NCBI GenBank assembly: GCA_907165135.1
Contig: OU015569.1
Span: forward strand, 6,138,001 to 6,202,000
DNA from: Oikopleura dioica
Taxonomy: Eukaryota; Animalia; Chordata
Direction: 5' to 3'
Length of the DNA: 64,000 nucleotides
The notes under the pieces are model-generated. The model ran no database searches and was not told where the DNA came from. It worked only from the letters and a program-made list of their open reading frames with translations. Below, piece after piece: positions 62,751 to 64,000 of this stretch. The translations under genes and the position numbers were made by a program. Numbering within the stretch: the first letter of the stretch is position 1; each line of letters opens with the position of its first letter.

Positions 62751-63813
62751 ACAATCTCGAATAAAAAATTTCTCTCGAGGAAAGAGTGGCTTGATGAAAT
62801 CTTTCTCAGAAGTTCTGATTTTTAGCTGAAACTTACCTATCCGCTGCGACAGAAGATGCGAGAGGCTTCTCTGGACTGCTGCAAGACAAAATTCTCTTCC
62901 TTTACCGACAGAATCAGATTACTAAGGTGACTAGAACTCCGTTCGCGAAAGCGAAGTAAAACGATTCTTACTGGCGCTTGATTGGACGAGCGCCGCAGCG
63001 AATAGAAATTCGAGGAGAAACGCGCAGCAGCACGCTGCTCGGCTTTCCTACGCGGAGATTCCTCCCAGCACGCCATCTCCCGAAATTCTCATAAAACTCA
63101 CTACTTCCCAAAACTCCATGCGGTCTCATTAGAATAGAATATTATTCATCCTCTGATCTAAACCTATCTGAAAGAATCGAGGACGAGATTCTTCTCACAA
63201 CGAATCCATGAATACGTACATTTCCTGCTGCTAACATTGTAGACTAAGAATCAGTTAATCTGACAATGGACAACTCAGCTTGTACTGCTTGTCGAAATTA
63301 GGCCCTGATTATAATGCTTTCTTTTCGAAATCGTCTTTTTGCTTTCTTTAGTAGTTCATCCTGCATAAATACAAATTTAAGACACCAGGAAAGTATATTT
63401 TAGGATTAATACTTTCCAAAAGACTTGACCTCAACAATAATCTTTATTTATTGGAAGATTTTGCTCAATAAGCTCATAAATATATAAAAAAGAACCCCGA
63501 TAAATTCACCAAAAGTTAAAGAATGAGAGGAGGTTCATTGACAGAAATAAGGTTGAACTATTACGAGCTTCAGGCAGCATTCTTTTTGCTCATTTAAATT
63601 AATCCCTAAACCAGAAGATAGTTAGGACTTTTGCTACGGTTTGTTTAAAAAATATATGTTATCGCGAAGTACAGTAAAAATGCTTCGTAGTCACCAAGTC
63701 GTCATTTTTTTTGAATTGCTGTTTTGTATGTTTCGTAACGATGTTTTACTTTTTCTCAGCTTTAGGTTTGGTTGTTTTTCGTTTGTTTCAAGAGTATTAT
63801 TTCTCTATCAAAA

Positions 63814-64000
63814 TCAACCAGTCCCTTCAGCCTCATTGGCAGCTGGCTTCTCCTTCTTTTCTCCCCTGAATTCGTGTTCGGCTTTGAGGGCTCGTTTTTT
63901 GTGTAGCCGGACGAGCTCTTCGACGACGAAGTCAACATCGAGGACGCCGTGTTGCTGCGCATCTCTAGTTCGCACGGCGCAAGTTCCGGCTTCAAGCTCT
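63814..64000 (-). CDS. TARS1: 3' end of cytosolic threonyl-tRNA synthetase (anticodon-binding domain)
   Basis: A frame not in the ORF track reads ELEAGTCAVRTRDAQQHGVLDVDFVVEELVRLHKKRALKAEHEF..., matching the ThrRS C-terminal GTVNIRTRDNKVHG...AEEEF pattern; stop TGA 63814-63816. Confidence 0.85.
   Translation of the reverse strand, partial: ELEAGTCAVRTRDAQQHGVLDVDFVVEELVRLHKKRALKAEHEFRGEKKEKPAANEAEGTG

Noticed and set aside
1-64000. tRNA, rRNA, snRNA or SL RNA genes
   Set aside because: No recognisable T-loop/D-loop, 5S or spliced-leader sequence was seen by eye; tRNAscan-SE and Rfam runs are needed to exclude them.

Overview
Eukaryotic genomic DNA, most likely from a larvacean tunicate such as Oikopleura dioica. 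This is an inference from the very dense gene packing, 30-100 nt introns including GA-AG and GC-AG types, splice acceptors just upstream of ATGs, and a tunicate-type galanin peptide. About 25 mostly multi-exon genes were reconstructed by eye: a TSP1-repeat surface protein, a double-PAN protein, a MIT-only VPS4-like gene, a galanin-like prepropeptide, BPHL, an SHC adaptor, a zinc-finger/PDZ protein, TMEM263-like, a fibrinogen-chain-like protein, a C2H2 zinc-finger gene, an IgSF receptor, a CHST-type sulfotransferase, FKBP9/10, FAM174-like, UPRT, an Aa_trans transporter and the 3' end of ThrRS. Five non-autonomous TIR elements are also present. The most notable observations are: (1) a four-exon galanin-family precursor that the ORF track misses; (2) an intronless fibrinogen-like chain with a CPTGC ring, a 111-residue inter-ring coiled coil and an Arg-GHRP knob-like motif; (3) a 716-bp long-TIR element with an 8-bp TSD inserted inside a BPHL coding exon; (4) a FUR1-type UPRT with intact microbial-like motifs. 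Exon boundaries are manual and several remain uncertain.
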